Origin: an uncultured Clostridium sp.
GTDB lineage: Bacteria > Bacillota > Clostridia > TANB77 > CAG-508
Assembly (NCBI GenBank): GCA_900552135.1
Contig: URYN01000003.1
Location: 24,594 to 88,593, forward strand
Length of the DNA stretch: 64,000 bases
Reading direction: 5' to 3'
The notes below the pieces were generated by a model that ran no database searches, was not told the DNA's origin, and was given only the letters and a program-made list of their open reading frames with translations. Every line of letters starts with the position of its first letter. The first letter of the stretch is position 1. Position numbers and translations under genes: made by a program. This document shows, piece by piece, positions 54,545 to 62,894 of the stretch.

Positions 54545-55264
54545 TTAGATTCTAATTGCTGATTCAAGGGCAAGTTTTATCATTGAGTTTAAAGAGGTTT
54601 GTCTTGCCTCAGCTGATATTTCTTGATGTTTATAGTGTGAGTCAACAACACTTAACAAACAGCTGGCTTTCTTTCCAAATATATGGGCATTATAAAATAA
54701 AGCAAATGCTTCCATTTCCGCACCGATGATGTTTAAGTCCTTTGGAAATCTTGCAATTAATCCATTTACATCTTTAACATAATAATCAAAACAATCTGTA
54801 CAAAGAGTATTTCCTTTTATGTAAGGAATATTACAATCATGAGCAGTATCCTCGATTATTTTATTTAATTCTGCACTTGATTCCATAATGTGAACATCTT
54901 CTTCATTAAGTTCAAAGGCATAATTTCCTTCTGTGTATGTGTTATCAACTAAAATTGTATCAAGCAGATTCAAATCCTCTGAATAAGCTCCGCAAGAACC
55001 AATTCTTATAATTGAATCTACATCATAAAATTTGAATAATTCATAAGAATAAATTCCCATACTTGGCATTCCCATGCCAGATGCAAATACAGTTATTTTC
55101 TTGCCTTTATACTCTCCGGTATAACCAAACATGTTTCTAACTGAATTCACTAATTTTACATTAGTCATAAAATTATCTACAATATATTTTGCTCTTAATG
55201 GGTCTCCAGGCATTAGAACAACTTTTGCAATGTCTTCTTTTTTAGCTTCATTGTGTGGTGTCAT
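54545..55264 (-). CDS. deoD: Purine nucleoside phosphorylase, DeoD type
   Basis: MTPHNEAKKEDIAKVVLMPGDPLRAKYI..GMGMPS..Y.EL. ATG at 55264 is 8 nt after AAGGAG. Confidence 0.92.
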   Translation of the reverse strand: MTPHNEAKKEDIAKVVLMPGDPLRAKYIVDNFMTNVKLVNSVRNMFGYTGEYKGKKITVFASGMGMPSMGIYSYELFKFYDVDSIIRIGSCGAYSEDLNLLDTILVDNTYTEGNYAFELNEEDVHIMESSAELNKIIEDTAHDCNIPYIKGNTLCTDCFDYYVKDVNGLIARFPKDLNIIGAEMEAFALFYNAHIFGKKASCLLSVVDSHYKHQEISAEARQTSLNSMIKLALESAIRI

Positions 55265-55496
55265 AAACACAACTCCTTGTATAATTTATTTAGGTTTTTC
55301 TAATGGATTTACCTATAAACCGATAGTCGCTATAAGAATTTATATCCGTATAGTAACTTTATAATGCAATTATAACATAGAAACATAAAAGTACAAGTGA
55401 AAATTTATTTTTACAAGAAATCTATTGAAAAATTAAAAAAATATGATAGAATATAAATACTAAAAAGAAAATTTGTTTGCACCAAAGGAGAAAAAG

Positions 55497-56096
55497 ATGA
55501 TAGCATATCTAAAAGGAAAATTACAATTTAAATCTGATGAATATATAATTATAGAAGTACAAGGAATTGGCTATAAGGTATTTATGTCGAAGAAGGCAAT
55601 CGATTCTTTGCCAGATGATGGAGAGGTAAAAGTTTATACATATTTAAAAGTTAGAGAGGACGACATTAGCTTATTTGGATTCAATTCAAATGAAGAGCTA
55701 CATACATTTGAGTTACTTATTTCGGTTGGGGGAATAGGTGCAAAATCTGCAATAACAATACTTTCCAATATTACACCTTCAAGATTTGCCTTAGCCGTAA
55801 TAACAAATGAAGTAAACACTTTAAAGAAATTACCAGGCATTGGACCAAAAACAGCACAAAGAATTATTCTCGAATTGAAAGATAAGATAAAAACAGAAGA
55901 TGCAATTTCTAATAATGAAGCTGACGAAGATAGCATAGATAACAAAATGAAGAATGAAGAGGAACAAGAAGATTTAATTCAGGCTCTTCAGGTGCTAGGA
56001 TACAGAAGATATGAGATTAATAAGATATTGCCAAAGATAAAACAAGAGAGTTTGGAAGAAAAAATAAAAGAGGCATTACAATATTTAGCTCATTAA
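55497..56096 (+). CDS. ruvA: Holliday junction branch migration complex subunit RuvA
   Basis: MIAYLKGKL......YIIIEVQGIGYKV and LPGIGPKTAQRI. Confidence 0.93.
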   Translation: MIAYLKGKLQFKSDEYIIIEVQGIGYKVFMSKKAIDSLPDDGEVKVYTYLKVREDDISLFGFNSNEELHTFELLISVGGIGAKSAITILSNITPSRFALAVITNEVNTLKKLPGIGPKTAQRIILELKDKIKTEDAISNNEADEDSIDNKMKNEEEQEDLIQALQVLGYRRYEINKILPKIKQESLEEKIKEALQYLAH

Positions 56097-56195
56097 AATA
56101 AATTTGAATTTAGAGGAAAAGTTTCAAAAAATAAGGGCAGACTATTTTTTATGTAACAGCCCAAAAATTGAAATAAAAAAAGCTATGAAGAAATC

Positions 56196-56229
56196 TCGCC
56201 CAAAAAGGGGCGTCCCTAATGGGCGAAAA
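56196..56229 (+). repeat. GC-rich palindromic repeat, copy C
   Basis: tcgcccaaaaaggggcgtccctaatgggcgaaaa differs by one nucleotide from the copy A/B core. It lies 19 nt before the rarA ATG. Confidence 0.75.
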
Positions 56230-56247
56230 TAGAAAGGAAGCAATTAA

Positions 56248-57492
56248 ATGAATGCGAATGAACCACTGGCGTACAGAATGAGCCCTAAAACATTAGATGA
56301 TTACGTTGGACAAGAAAAGATATTAGGAAAAGATAAAATTTTATATAGAACCATTCAGGCAGATAGGCTTTCTAGCATTATTTTATGGGGACCTCCTGGC
56401 TGTGGCAAAACATCTTTGGCAAGGGTTATTAGCAATACCACAAAATATAAGTTTACAAAGTTAAATGCAGTAACGGCAGGGGTTGGAGATATAAAAAATG
56501 CAATAGAGGAAGCAAAAAATCCTTTTCTAAATCCATCTGGAAGATGTATTTTATTTATTGATGAGATTCATAGGTTTAATAAATTGCAACAAGATGCGTT
56601 ATTACCATTTGTTGAAAATGGAACTGTAATATTAATAGGTGCGACTACTGAAAATCCATATTTTGAAGTAAACAAGGCTTTGATATCTAGGTCTATGGTG
56701 TTTCATTTGGAGCCACTAACTGTTGACAACATATATACTATTCTAAAAAGATCTTTGAAGAAACCAGAGGGGCTTGGAAGTTACAATATAAAAATAGAAG
56801 ATGATACACTTTACAAGATTGCAGAAACTGCAAATGGTGATGTTAGAACAGCCCTAAATGGACTCGAGGTTGCCGTTTTAACAACGAGAATTGGAGAAGA
56901 CGGATATATTACAATTACAAATGAAATTGCCAAAGAGAGCGTTCAAAATAGAAAAGCTATATTCGATAAAAAGGGAGACAGCCATTACGATAATATAAGT
57001 GCTTTCATAAAGTCTATGCGTGGAAGTGATCCTGATGCTGCAGTATTCTATTTAGCAAGAGCACTAAACGGTGGAGAAGACCCAATGTTTTTGGCAAGAA
57101 GAATAGTAATTGCTGCATCTGAAGATGTTGGAATGGCAAACCCTAATGCTTTAATTTTGGCAACCAGTGCAATGCAAGCAGTTCATTTTGTTGGAATGCC
57201 AGAAGCAAGAATAATTTTAGCTGAAGCAGCCGTTTATGTTGCAACATCAAAAAAATCAAATGCAAGCTATCTTGCAATAAATAAGGCTTTAGAAGATGTA
57301 GCAAATAAAGATACAGGAGAAGTTCCAATGCATATTAGAAATGCACCAGCAGAGGGAATGGAAAAAGAGGGATACCATGTAGGCTACAAATACCCACACG
57401 ATTATCCAGGTCATTATGTGGAACAACAATATTTGCCAGACAAAATGGTTGGAACGAAATATTACATAAAAGACGAAAACATACCAGATTAA
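56248..57492 (+). CDS. rarA: Replication-associated recombination protein A (MgsA/RarA AAA+ ATPase)
   Basis: PLAYRMSPKTLDDYVGQE..LG, WGPPGCGKTS, IDEIHRFNK.QQD.LLP. Confidence 0.92.
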   Translation: MNANEPLAYRMSPKTLDDYVGQEKILGKDKILYRTIQADRLSSIILWGPPGCGKTSLARVISNTTKYKFTKLNAVTAGVGDIKNAIEEAKNPFLNPSGRCILFIDEIHRFNKLQQDALLPFVENGTVILIGATTENPYFEVNKALISRSMVFHLEPLTVDNIYTILKRSLKKPEGLGSYNIKIEDDTLYKIAETANGDVRTALNGLEVAVLTTRIGEDGYITITNEIAKESVQNRKAIFDKKGDSHYDNISAFIKSMRGSDPDAAVFYLARALNGGEDPMFLARRIVIAASEDVGMANPNALILATSAMQAVHFVGMPEARIILAEAAVYVATSKKSNASYLAINKALEDVANKDTGEVPMHIRNAPAEGMEKEGYHVGYKYPHDYPGHYVEQQYLPDKMVGTKYYIKDENIPD

Positions 57493-57504
57493 AAAATGCA
57501 TAAA

Positions 57505-57548
57505 GAAAAAAAGCTTCAAGTTAATTTGTACTAACTTGAAGTTTTTTT
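57505..57548. terminator. Bidirectional terminator between rarA and the SPFH gene
   Basis: 10-bp stem cttcaagtta / taacttgaag flanked by an A-run and a T-run. Confidence 0.65.
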
Positions 57549-57558
57549 AGCATTTGAA

Positions 57559-58485
57559 TTATTCAGCTTTTACATCTTTTTTTACTTTTTTGCTATCTGT
57601 AAGAATATCTTTCATAGCACCGATACTAGAAAGGGTTGATGTTGCTTCAAATGGAATAAATACTTTATTTGCATCTCCATTAGCAATCTCTTTCAAAGCT
57701 TCTAAAGATTTTAATTGAACTAATTTGTCATCTGGGTGAGCTTTCATCATTGCATCATAAACCATACGAACTTCGTCTGCTCTTGCTTCTGCAACTTTCT
57801 TAATAGCTTGAGCTTCACCATCGGCACGTCTAATCTTAGACTCTTTCTCAGCTTCAGCTTCAAGAATTGCGGCTTCTTTTTTACCTTGTGCAAGTGTAAT
57901 TGCAGCCTGTCTTTCACCTTCAGCTTGAAGGATTTGAGCTCTTTTAGTTCTTTCTGCATTCATTTGCTTTTCCATTGAATCTCTAATGTCTGCAGGTGGA
58001 GTAATATCTTTTATCTCAACTCTATCAATCTTGCAACCCCAAGAATCTGTTGCTTCATCAAGAATAGCTCTTAACTGTTCGTTTATCATATCTCTAGAAC
58101 TGAATGTTGAATCCAAATCCATTTTACCAACAATATCACGAATAGTAGTAATTGCAAGATACTCAATACCTTTCTTCAAACTTTGAATTTCATACACAGC
58201 TTTTGCTGGGTCTGTAACTTTATAAAACACAACAGTATCTATTGTGATAGTAACATTATCTTTAGTAATTACGTTTTGTGGTGGAACGTCCATAGTTTGT
58301 TGTTTTAAACTAACAACGCTTCTAACACGGTCAACGAATGGAATAATAATTGTAAGACCTGCATCAGCTACTTTATGAAATTTACCTAATCTTTCAATTA
58401 TATAAACTTCAGATTGTCTTACAACTTTGATTGATTTTACTGCTATAATTAAGATTATAACTAGTAATACGATTAAAAACCACAT
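57559..58485 (-). CDS. SPFH/band-7 (stomatin-like) membrane protein
   Basis: N-terminal TM segment, then VRQSEVYIIERLGKFH and an Ala/Glu-rich coiled coil. ATG at 58485 follows aggagg. Confidence 0.88.
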   Translation of the reverse strand: MWFLIVLLVIILIIAVKSIKVVRQSEVYIIERLGKFHKVADAGLTIIIPFVDRVRSVVSLKQQTMDVPPQNVITKDNVTITIDTVVFYKVTDPAKAVYEIQSLKKGIEYLAITTIRDIVGKMDLDSTFSSRDMINEQLRAILDEATDSWGCKIDRVEIKDITPPADIRDSMEKQMNAERTKRAQILQAEGERQAAITLAQGKKEAAILEAEAEKESKIRRADGEAQAIKKVAEARADEVRMVYDAMMKAHPDDKLVQLKSLEALKEIANGDANKVFIPFEATSTLSSIGAMKDILTDSKKVKKDVKAE

Positions 58486-58558
58486 AATGATTCCTCCTGA
58501 AATATAATTTAACACAATCATTATATCATAGAAAGTCCGGAAAATAAAGATACAACAG

Positions 58559-58590
58559 GCTTTTTTACAAAATAATATTAAAATATTGAT
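58559..58590 (+). repeat. Left copy of the 32-nt direct repeat bracketing the 58702..59892 cassette
   Basis: gcttttttacaaaataatattaaaatattgat compared with 60210..60242 gccttttttacaaaataatataaaaatattgat: one extra C and one substitution. Confidence 0.8.
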
Positions 58591-58701
58591 GTGAGAATGA
58601 AAATATTTCAGATGAAATCAAAAATAAATGAAAAACAGTTGAAAATAAAAATTTGTAATGGTAGAATAAACAAAGAAAAATACAAAGGAGGAAAAAAGAA
58701 A

Positions 58702-59892
58702 ATGAACAATAAATCAAAAAATAAACAAGAAAAAGGAATTACGCTTATTGCTTTGGTTGTAACTATTATAATAATGCTAATATTAGCAGGGGTTAGCATT
58801 AAACTTGCAATAGATAATAATGGTGTAATAGAAAATGCTAAAGAAGCAAAAGACCAGTATGAGCAGGCACAAGCTAATGACGAAAGTGGATTGGAAGATT
58901 TGGCTTCGAAACTGAAAGAACAAATAGATGCAAATAAAAACAATAATTCAGGTTCAGGAAGTTCTGAAAGTACAGTAGATGGAGTGCCAATCCCAGCAGG
59001 ATTTGTATATGTAGGAGGAACAAAAGCAAGTGGTCTAGTAATTTCAGATAATGCAGCAGACAAAGAAAAATATAAAGGACAAACAACAGTAGGAATAGAT
59101 TTAGTAGGAAACCAATTTGTATGGATACCAGTAGAAAATATAGCAGATTATAAAAGAACTGCTTATTCAACACAAGTTGCAACAGGAACAACAGATACAA
59201 CAACAAATTCAGAGCAAATAAAATACAGTAGCTCAGATAGTGATTACTTTAAAGAAGCATTGCCTGCAGACGAAAAGACAAGTGTAGAAACCAATAAGGG
59301 ATTCTATATTGGAAGATACGAAGCAGGAGACCAAGAAAGTACAGACTCTAAAAAATTAAGAGCAAGCGGAGCACCAACAAGTAATACAATAACAGTAAAA
59401 GCAGGACAAGCCCCATATAATTATGTAACAAGAACACAGGCTAAAAGCCTAGCAGAAGGATTTAGTACAAAACAAAAATATACAAGTGTAAAATCAAAAC
59501 TAGTAAGTAGCTATGCATGGGATACTGCAATTGCATTCATACAAAAAACGAATAGTGATTATGGAAGTAGTTCAGAAGAAGGAAATTATCAAGATTCTCC
59601 AACATTTACTTATACAGGAATAGCAGATACAGAAAAAAATAAACAAACCAAAGAAAATGGAACAAGTACATTAATTCCAACAGGACAAACCACAGCCGTA
59701 AATAACATATACGATATGGGAGGAAATGTATGGGAGTGGACTACAGAGTCTTTTTCTTACACGCGCACTCCGTACACGGGTCGTGGAGGCCGTTACAGCG
59801 GCTACTTCGCTAATTATCCAGCTGGTGGCCGTAGTAGCGGTTCCGACGGTGCCCGCGGTGACTGTGGGTTCAGGCTTACTTTATTCTTGTAG
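58702..59892 (+). CDS. Pseudopilin-like N-terminus plus FGE/C-type-lectin-fold head; candidate DGR variable protein
   Basis: ATG at 58702 follows aaaggagg. KGITLIALVVTIIIMLILAGVSI. IPAGFVYVGGTKASGLVISD..GNQFVWIPVE. NNIYDMGGNVWEWT..GRGG..GFRL. Confidence 0.8.
   Translation: MNNKSKNKQEKGITLIALVVTIIIMLILAGVSIKLAIDNNGVIENAKEAKDQYEQAQANDESGLEDLASKLKEQIDANKNNNSGSGSSESTVDGVPIPAGFVYVGGTKASGLVISDNAADKEKYKGQTTVGIDLVGNQFVWIPVENIADYKRTAYSTQVATGTTDTTTNSEQIKYSSSDSDYFKEALPADEKTSVETNKGFYIGRYEAGDQESTDSKKLRASGAPTSNTITVKAGQAPYNYVTRTQAKSLAEGFSTKQKYTSVKSKLVSSYAWDTAIAFIQKTNSDYGSSSEEGNYQDSPTFTYTGIADTEKNKQTKENGTSTLIPTGQTTAVNNIYDMGGNVWEWTTESFSYTRTPYTGRGGRYSGYFANYPAGGRSSGSDGARGDCGFRLTLFL
59757..59880 (+). other. Candidate DGR variable region (VR) at the 3' end of the CDS
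   Basis: By hand count 59761-59880 is 74/120 G+C and 18/120 A, set in AT-rich DNA. The in-frame codons are mostly NNC (cgc tac ggc tac agc ggc tac ttc ggc agc tcc gac gcc cgc gac). Confidence 0.55.
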
Positions 59893-60002
59893 ACCTGAGC
59901 CCTGGTTTCTCTGAATATTAATTCAGCAGGAATCATAACCCATAGTATAGATATGGGAAAAGGAATCTCAAATTTGAGAATTAACATAAATATAAGAGAG
60001 TA

Positions 60003-60095
60003 GGTAGGAAACGAGTTGAACCTAGCGTAGCTAAGGTACAAGTCGTTTCTACCGGACTAAAGTGGTGTGCAGATTTTGTACATCATATTTTTTTC
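60003..60095 (+). repeat. Copy 2 (longer) of the 3' element; 51-nt imperfect hairpin at 60003-60053 followed by a small terminator-like hairpin and T-run
   Basis: About 22 bp are paired by hand (ggtaggaaacga..tcgtttctacc outside, ttgaacctagc-gta-gctaaggtacaa inside). Aligns with 3700..3757. Confidence 0.65.
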
Positions 60096-60209
60096 AAATT
60101 ATTGTTATAGTAAATTGGAAACTAACCAGAGATTGTTTATATATGGTAAGATTTCAAAAAAGTGTTATAGTAAAAGAAATATGCCAATATTGATTACATT
60201 GAAAATTTT

Positions 60210-60242
60210 GCCTTTTTTACAAAATAATATAAAAATATTGAT
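60210..60242 (+). repeat. Right copy of the direct repeat
   Basis: See 58559..58590. Confidence 0.8.
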
Positions 60243-60266
60243 TTTTGTGAAAAATTATGGTAAAAT
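60238..60266 (+). promoter_or_regulatory. secG promoter (extended -10)
   Basis: TTGATT, a 17-nt spacer ending in tgg, then TAAAAT. Confidence 0.5.
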
Positions 60267-60304
60267 GAACGAGTTAAGATAAATACCAAAAAGGAGCGGT
60301 AAAA

Positions 60305-60553
60305 ATGCAAATAGTAAAATATATTTTAATAGCTTTATATGTAATAAACTGTATAGCCTTATTAATTGTAACAATGATGCAAAATAAAGATAATAGTGGT
60401 GCATCTGGAACAATAGTTGGTTCATCAACAAACAGTTTCTATGAGAAGAATAAAGGAAAAACTCATGAGGGTAGAATAAAGAGATGGACAATAATATTAG
60501 GAATATTATTCCTTGTATTAACAATAGTACTTGGAATAGTTTTCATGATGTAA
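60305..60553 (+). CDS. secG: Preprotein translocase subunit SecG
   Basis: 82 aa with two TM segments and a central glycine/serine-rich loop (QNKDNSGASGTIVGSS). Confidence 0.8.
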   Translation: MQIVKYILIALYVINCIALLIVTMMQNKDNSGASGTIVGSSTNSFYEKNKGKTHEGRIKRWTIILGILFLVLTIVLGIVFMM

Positions 60554-60684
60554 TTATAAATAGAAATTATTAGGCGGCAGAAAATCTATTCTGTCGTTTT
60601 TGTTTGTATAATAGAAAAGTTATATAAGGTATAAATTTATGCAAAAAGTAAAATATTAAAATACCAGAAGGAGTATTTCTAAAT

Positions 60685-62655
60685 ATGAAGAAAAGAAAAA
60701 ATGATTTCAAGAAATTTTTTATACATGAGCAGAAAAATAAAAAGTCAAAGAAATTAATTAGAAAAAGTGAGAAAATTGAATATAGAAATATCAGCAATGA
60801 GGAAGAAAATGATTCAATAGTTGGAATTTATAAAAAGAGTAGAAACTTTGGATTTGTTGTTCCAAATGACAAAACTTTAGGAGAAGACATTTATATTCCA
60901 AAAAAGAAATGTGCTGGAGCAAAGAATAATCAGGTGGTTGTTGTAAAAATAGATAAAAAATCTGACAAAGATAAAAGACCAGAGGGAACAATAATCGAGA
61001 TATTAGGAAAGATGGACGAAGCTGGAGTAGACATGCTTTCTTTAATAAAGGAGTACAAGCTTCCAAATGAATTCCCACAACCTGTGATTGATGAAGCTCT
61101 TCAAATATCTCAAACTATTGATGAAAAGAACATAGCTCAAAGAGTCGATTTAAGAAATGAAGAAATTTTTACTATTGATGGTGAAGATGCAAAAGACCTT
61201 GATGATGCAGTTAATGTTAAGAAGAATGATGATGGAACATACACTTTAGGAGTTCATATTGCTGATGTAAGTTACTATGTAAAATCTGGTTCGAAGCTAG
61301 ATAAGGAAGCGATAAAAAGAGGAACTAGTATTTATATGATGGACAGAGTTATTCCGATGCTTCCAAAAGAGCTTTCAAACGGAATATGCAGTCTAAATGA
61401 AAATCAAGATAGATTTACTATATCTGTAATAATGAAGATAAACGAAAAGGGAAAAGTAGTAGAGTCTAGAATATTTAAGTCTGTAATAAAAACAACCAGA
61501 AGAATGAACTACCATGATGTGAATGATTTATTTTTGTGGGAGGACATAAAACAAGGAAAGCTAGAAATAGAAAACGAAAACGATAAAAAGATTACTACAG
61601 AAGAATATGAAAAAATAAAAAATACTGCAAATAAATATAGCCAATTCATTGAGCATTTCTTAAGAATGAGAGAATTAAAGGAAATTCTTAAGAAAAGAAG
61701 AGATTTGAATGGAAGTTTAAATCTGAATATTCCAGAGAGTAAAATTATATTAAATAAAAACGGTGTAGCTGTAGATGTACAAAAATATGATTATTTGGAA
61801 TCAAATGAAGTAATAGAGCAGTTTATGCTAACTGCAAATGAAACAGTAGCTGAAAGCTTTTATTATGTACAAGCACCATTCATATATAGAAATCATGAAA
61901 TCCCAGAGATGGAGAAGATTGATGAACTAAACAAGTTCTTATTTGGATTAGGATACAAGATAAGAGGAATAAAGAAAGATGACGAATCAAGTGTTCATCC
62001 AAAGGCTTTTGCTCAAGTACTTGATGAAGTGAATGGAAAACCAGAAGAAAAGGTAGTTTCAAACTTAATCTTAAGAACGTTAAAGGTTGCAAAATACGAG
62101 AGTGAAAACAAGGGACACTTTGGTATTGCAAGCAAATGCTATTGCCACTTTACCTCACCAATAAGAAGATACCCAGACTTATTTATACACAGAGTAATAT
62201 CATCATATTTGAAACATGATTACAATATAAACGATGAATTGAGAGAAAAATACGGAATAGAAGCAGTCAAATACGCAGAAAGTTCTTCTGAAAGAGAAAG
62301 AGTTGCACAGAAGGTAGAAAGAGACGCCGAAAAGATAAAGAAGGCGGAATACATGCAGAAGAAAATTGGAGAACAATATGATGGAGTTGTATCTGGAGTT
62401 ACTCAATTTGGAATGTTTGTTGAATTAGAAAATACAGTTGAGGGATTAATTAGATTTGAAGACCTCGGAGATGAATACTTTGATTATGATGATCAAAGAA
62501 AAACATTAAGAGGAGAGAAATCAAATAAAACATATAGAGTGGGAGACAAGGTAAGAATTGAAGTAAAATCTTCAGACAAAACAACAAGAAGAATAGACTT
62601 TAAATTAATAGATGATACGCTTAATAATAAAGATGAGCAAAAAGATAAAGAATAA
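60685..62655 (+). CDS. rnr: Ribonuclease R
   Basis: RNB domain (FTIDGEDAKDLDDAV, MLP..LSNG.CSL), HFTSPIRRYPDL and a C-terminal S1 domain (G.VSGVT.FG.FVEL). Confidence 0.93.
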   Translation: MKKRKNDFKKFFIHEQKNKKSKKLIRKSEKIEYRNISNEEENDSIVGIYKKSRNFGFVVPNDKTLGEDIYIPKKKCAGAKNNQVVVVKIDKKSDKDKRPEGTIIEILGKMDEAGVDMLSLIKEYKLPNEFPQPVIDEALQISQTIDEKNIAQRVDLRNEEIFTIDGEDAKDLDDAVNVKKNDDGTYTLGVHIADVSYYVKSGSKLDKEAIKRGTSIYMMDRVIPMLPKELSNGICSLNENQDRFTISVIMKINEKGKVVESRIFKSVIKTTRRMNYHDVNDLFLWEDIKQGKLEIENENDKKITTEEYEKIKNTANKYSQFIEHFLRMRELKEILKKRRDLNGSLNLNIPESKIILNKNGVAVDVQKYDYLESNEVIEQFMLTANETVAESFYYVQAPFIYRNHEIPEMEKIDELNKFLFGLGYKIRGIKKDDESSVHPKAFAQVLDEVNGKPEEKVVSNLILRTLKVAKYESENKGHFGIASKCYCHFTSPIRRYPDLFIHRVISSYLKHDYNINDELREKYGIEAVKYAESSSERERVAQKVERDAEKIKKAEYMQKKIGEQYDGVVSGVTQFGMFVELENTVEGLIRFEDLGDEYFDYDDQRKTLRGEKSNKTYRVGDKVRIEVKSSDKTTRRIDFKLIDDTLNNKDEQKDKE

Positions 62656-62819
62656 ATTAATGAGATAAGGACGAGCAAAAAGTTGGAGAATAAATTAATG
62701 AGAAGGCTGATAAAGTGAAAAAATAAAACATTGAAATAAAGTTTATCAACCAAAAATAGAAAAATGCTTAAGAAAAACCCGCATTAAAAAGAAAAAGAAT
62801 AATAGAGAATATGAAAAAG

Positions 62820-62862
62820 GAAAGTAAAATGTGAATTGATAACATATTTTACTTTCTTTTTT
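62820..62862. terminator. Terminator shared by rnr and the convergent membrane gene
   Basis: 11-bp stem gaaagtaaaat / attttactttc followed by tttttt. Confidence 0.6.
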
Positions 62863-62894
62863 ATAAGCTTATATTATATTTGTGAATTGCGAAC

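Larger units (their letters stand above)
58559..60242 (+). mobile_element. Putative inserted gene cassette: pseudopilin-CLec gene plus structured 3' element, bounded by direct repeats
   Basis: The direct repeats duplicate the sequence just upstream of, and including, the -35 region of the secG promoter. No recombinase was seen. Confidence 0.35.

Noticed and set aside
56097-56247. Absence of ruvB after ruvA (rarA follows instead)
   Set aside because: Gene order here varies among Firmicutes and ruvB may be elsewhere. This cannot be judged from one window.
59726-60041. ORFs 59726..59914 (+) and 59814..60041 (-) crossing the GC-rich patch
   Set aside because: They are alternative-frame read-throughs created by the stop-poor GC-rich segment. 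They have no RBS, and the main frame continues a conserved CLec-fold alignment with two paralogs.
60003-60053. Imperfect hairpin with bulged bases considered as an integron attC site
   Set aside because: No integron integrase or attI is present, no flanking R''/R' core sites (RYYYAAC / GTTRRRY) occur in the right positions, and there are only two copies. The evidence is insufficient.
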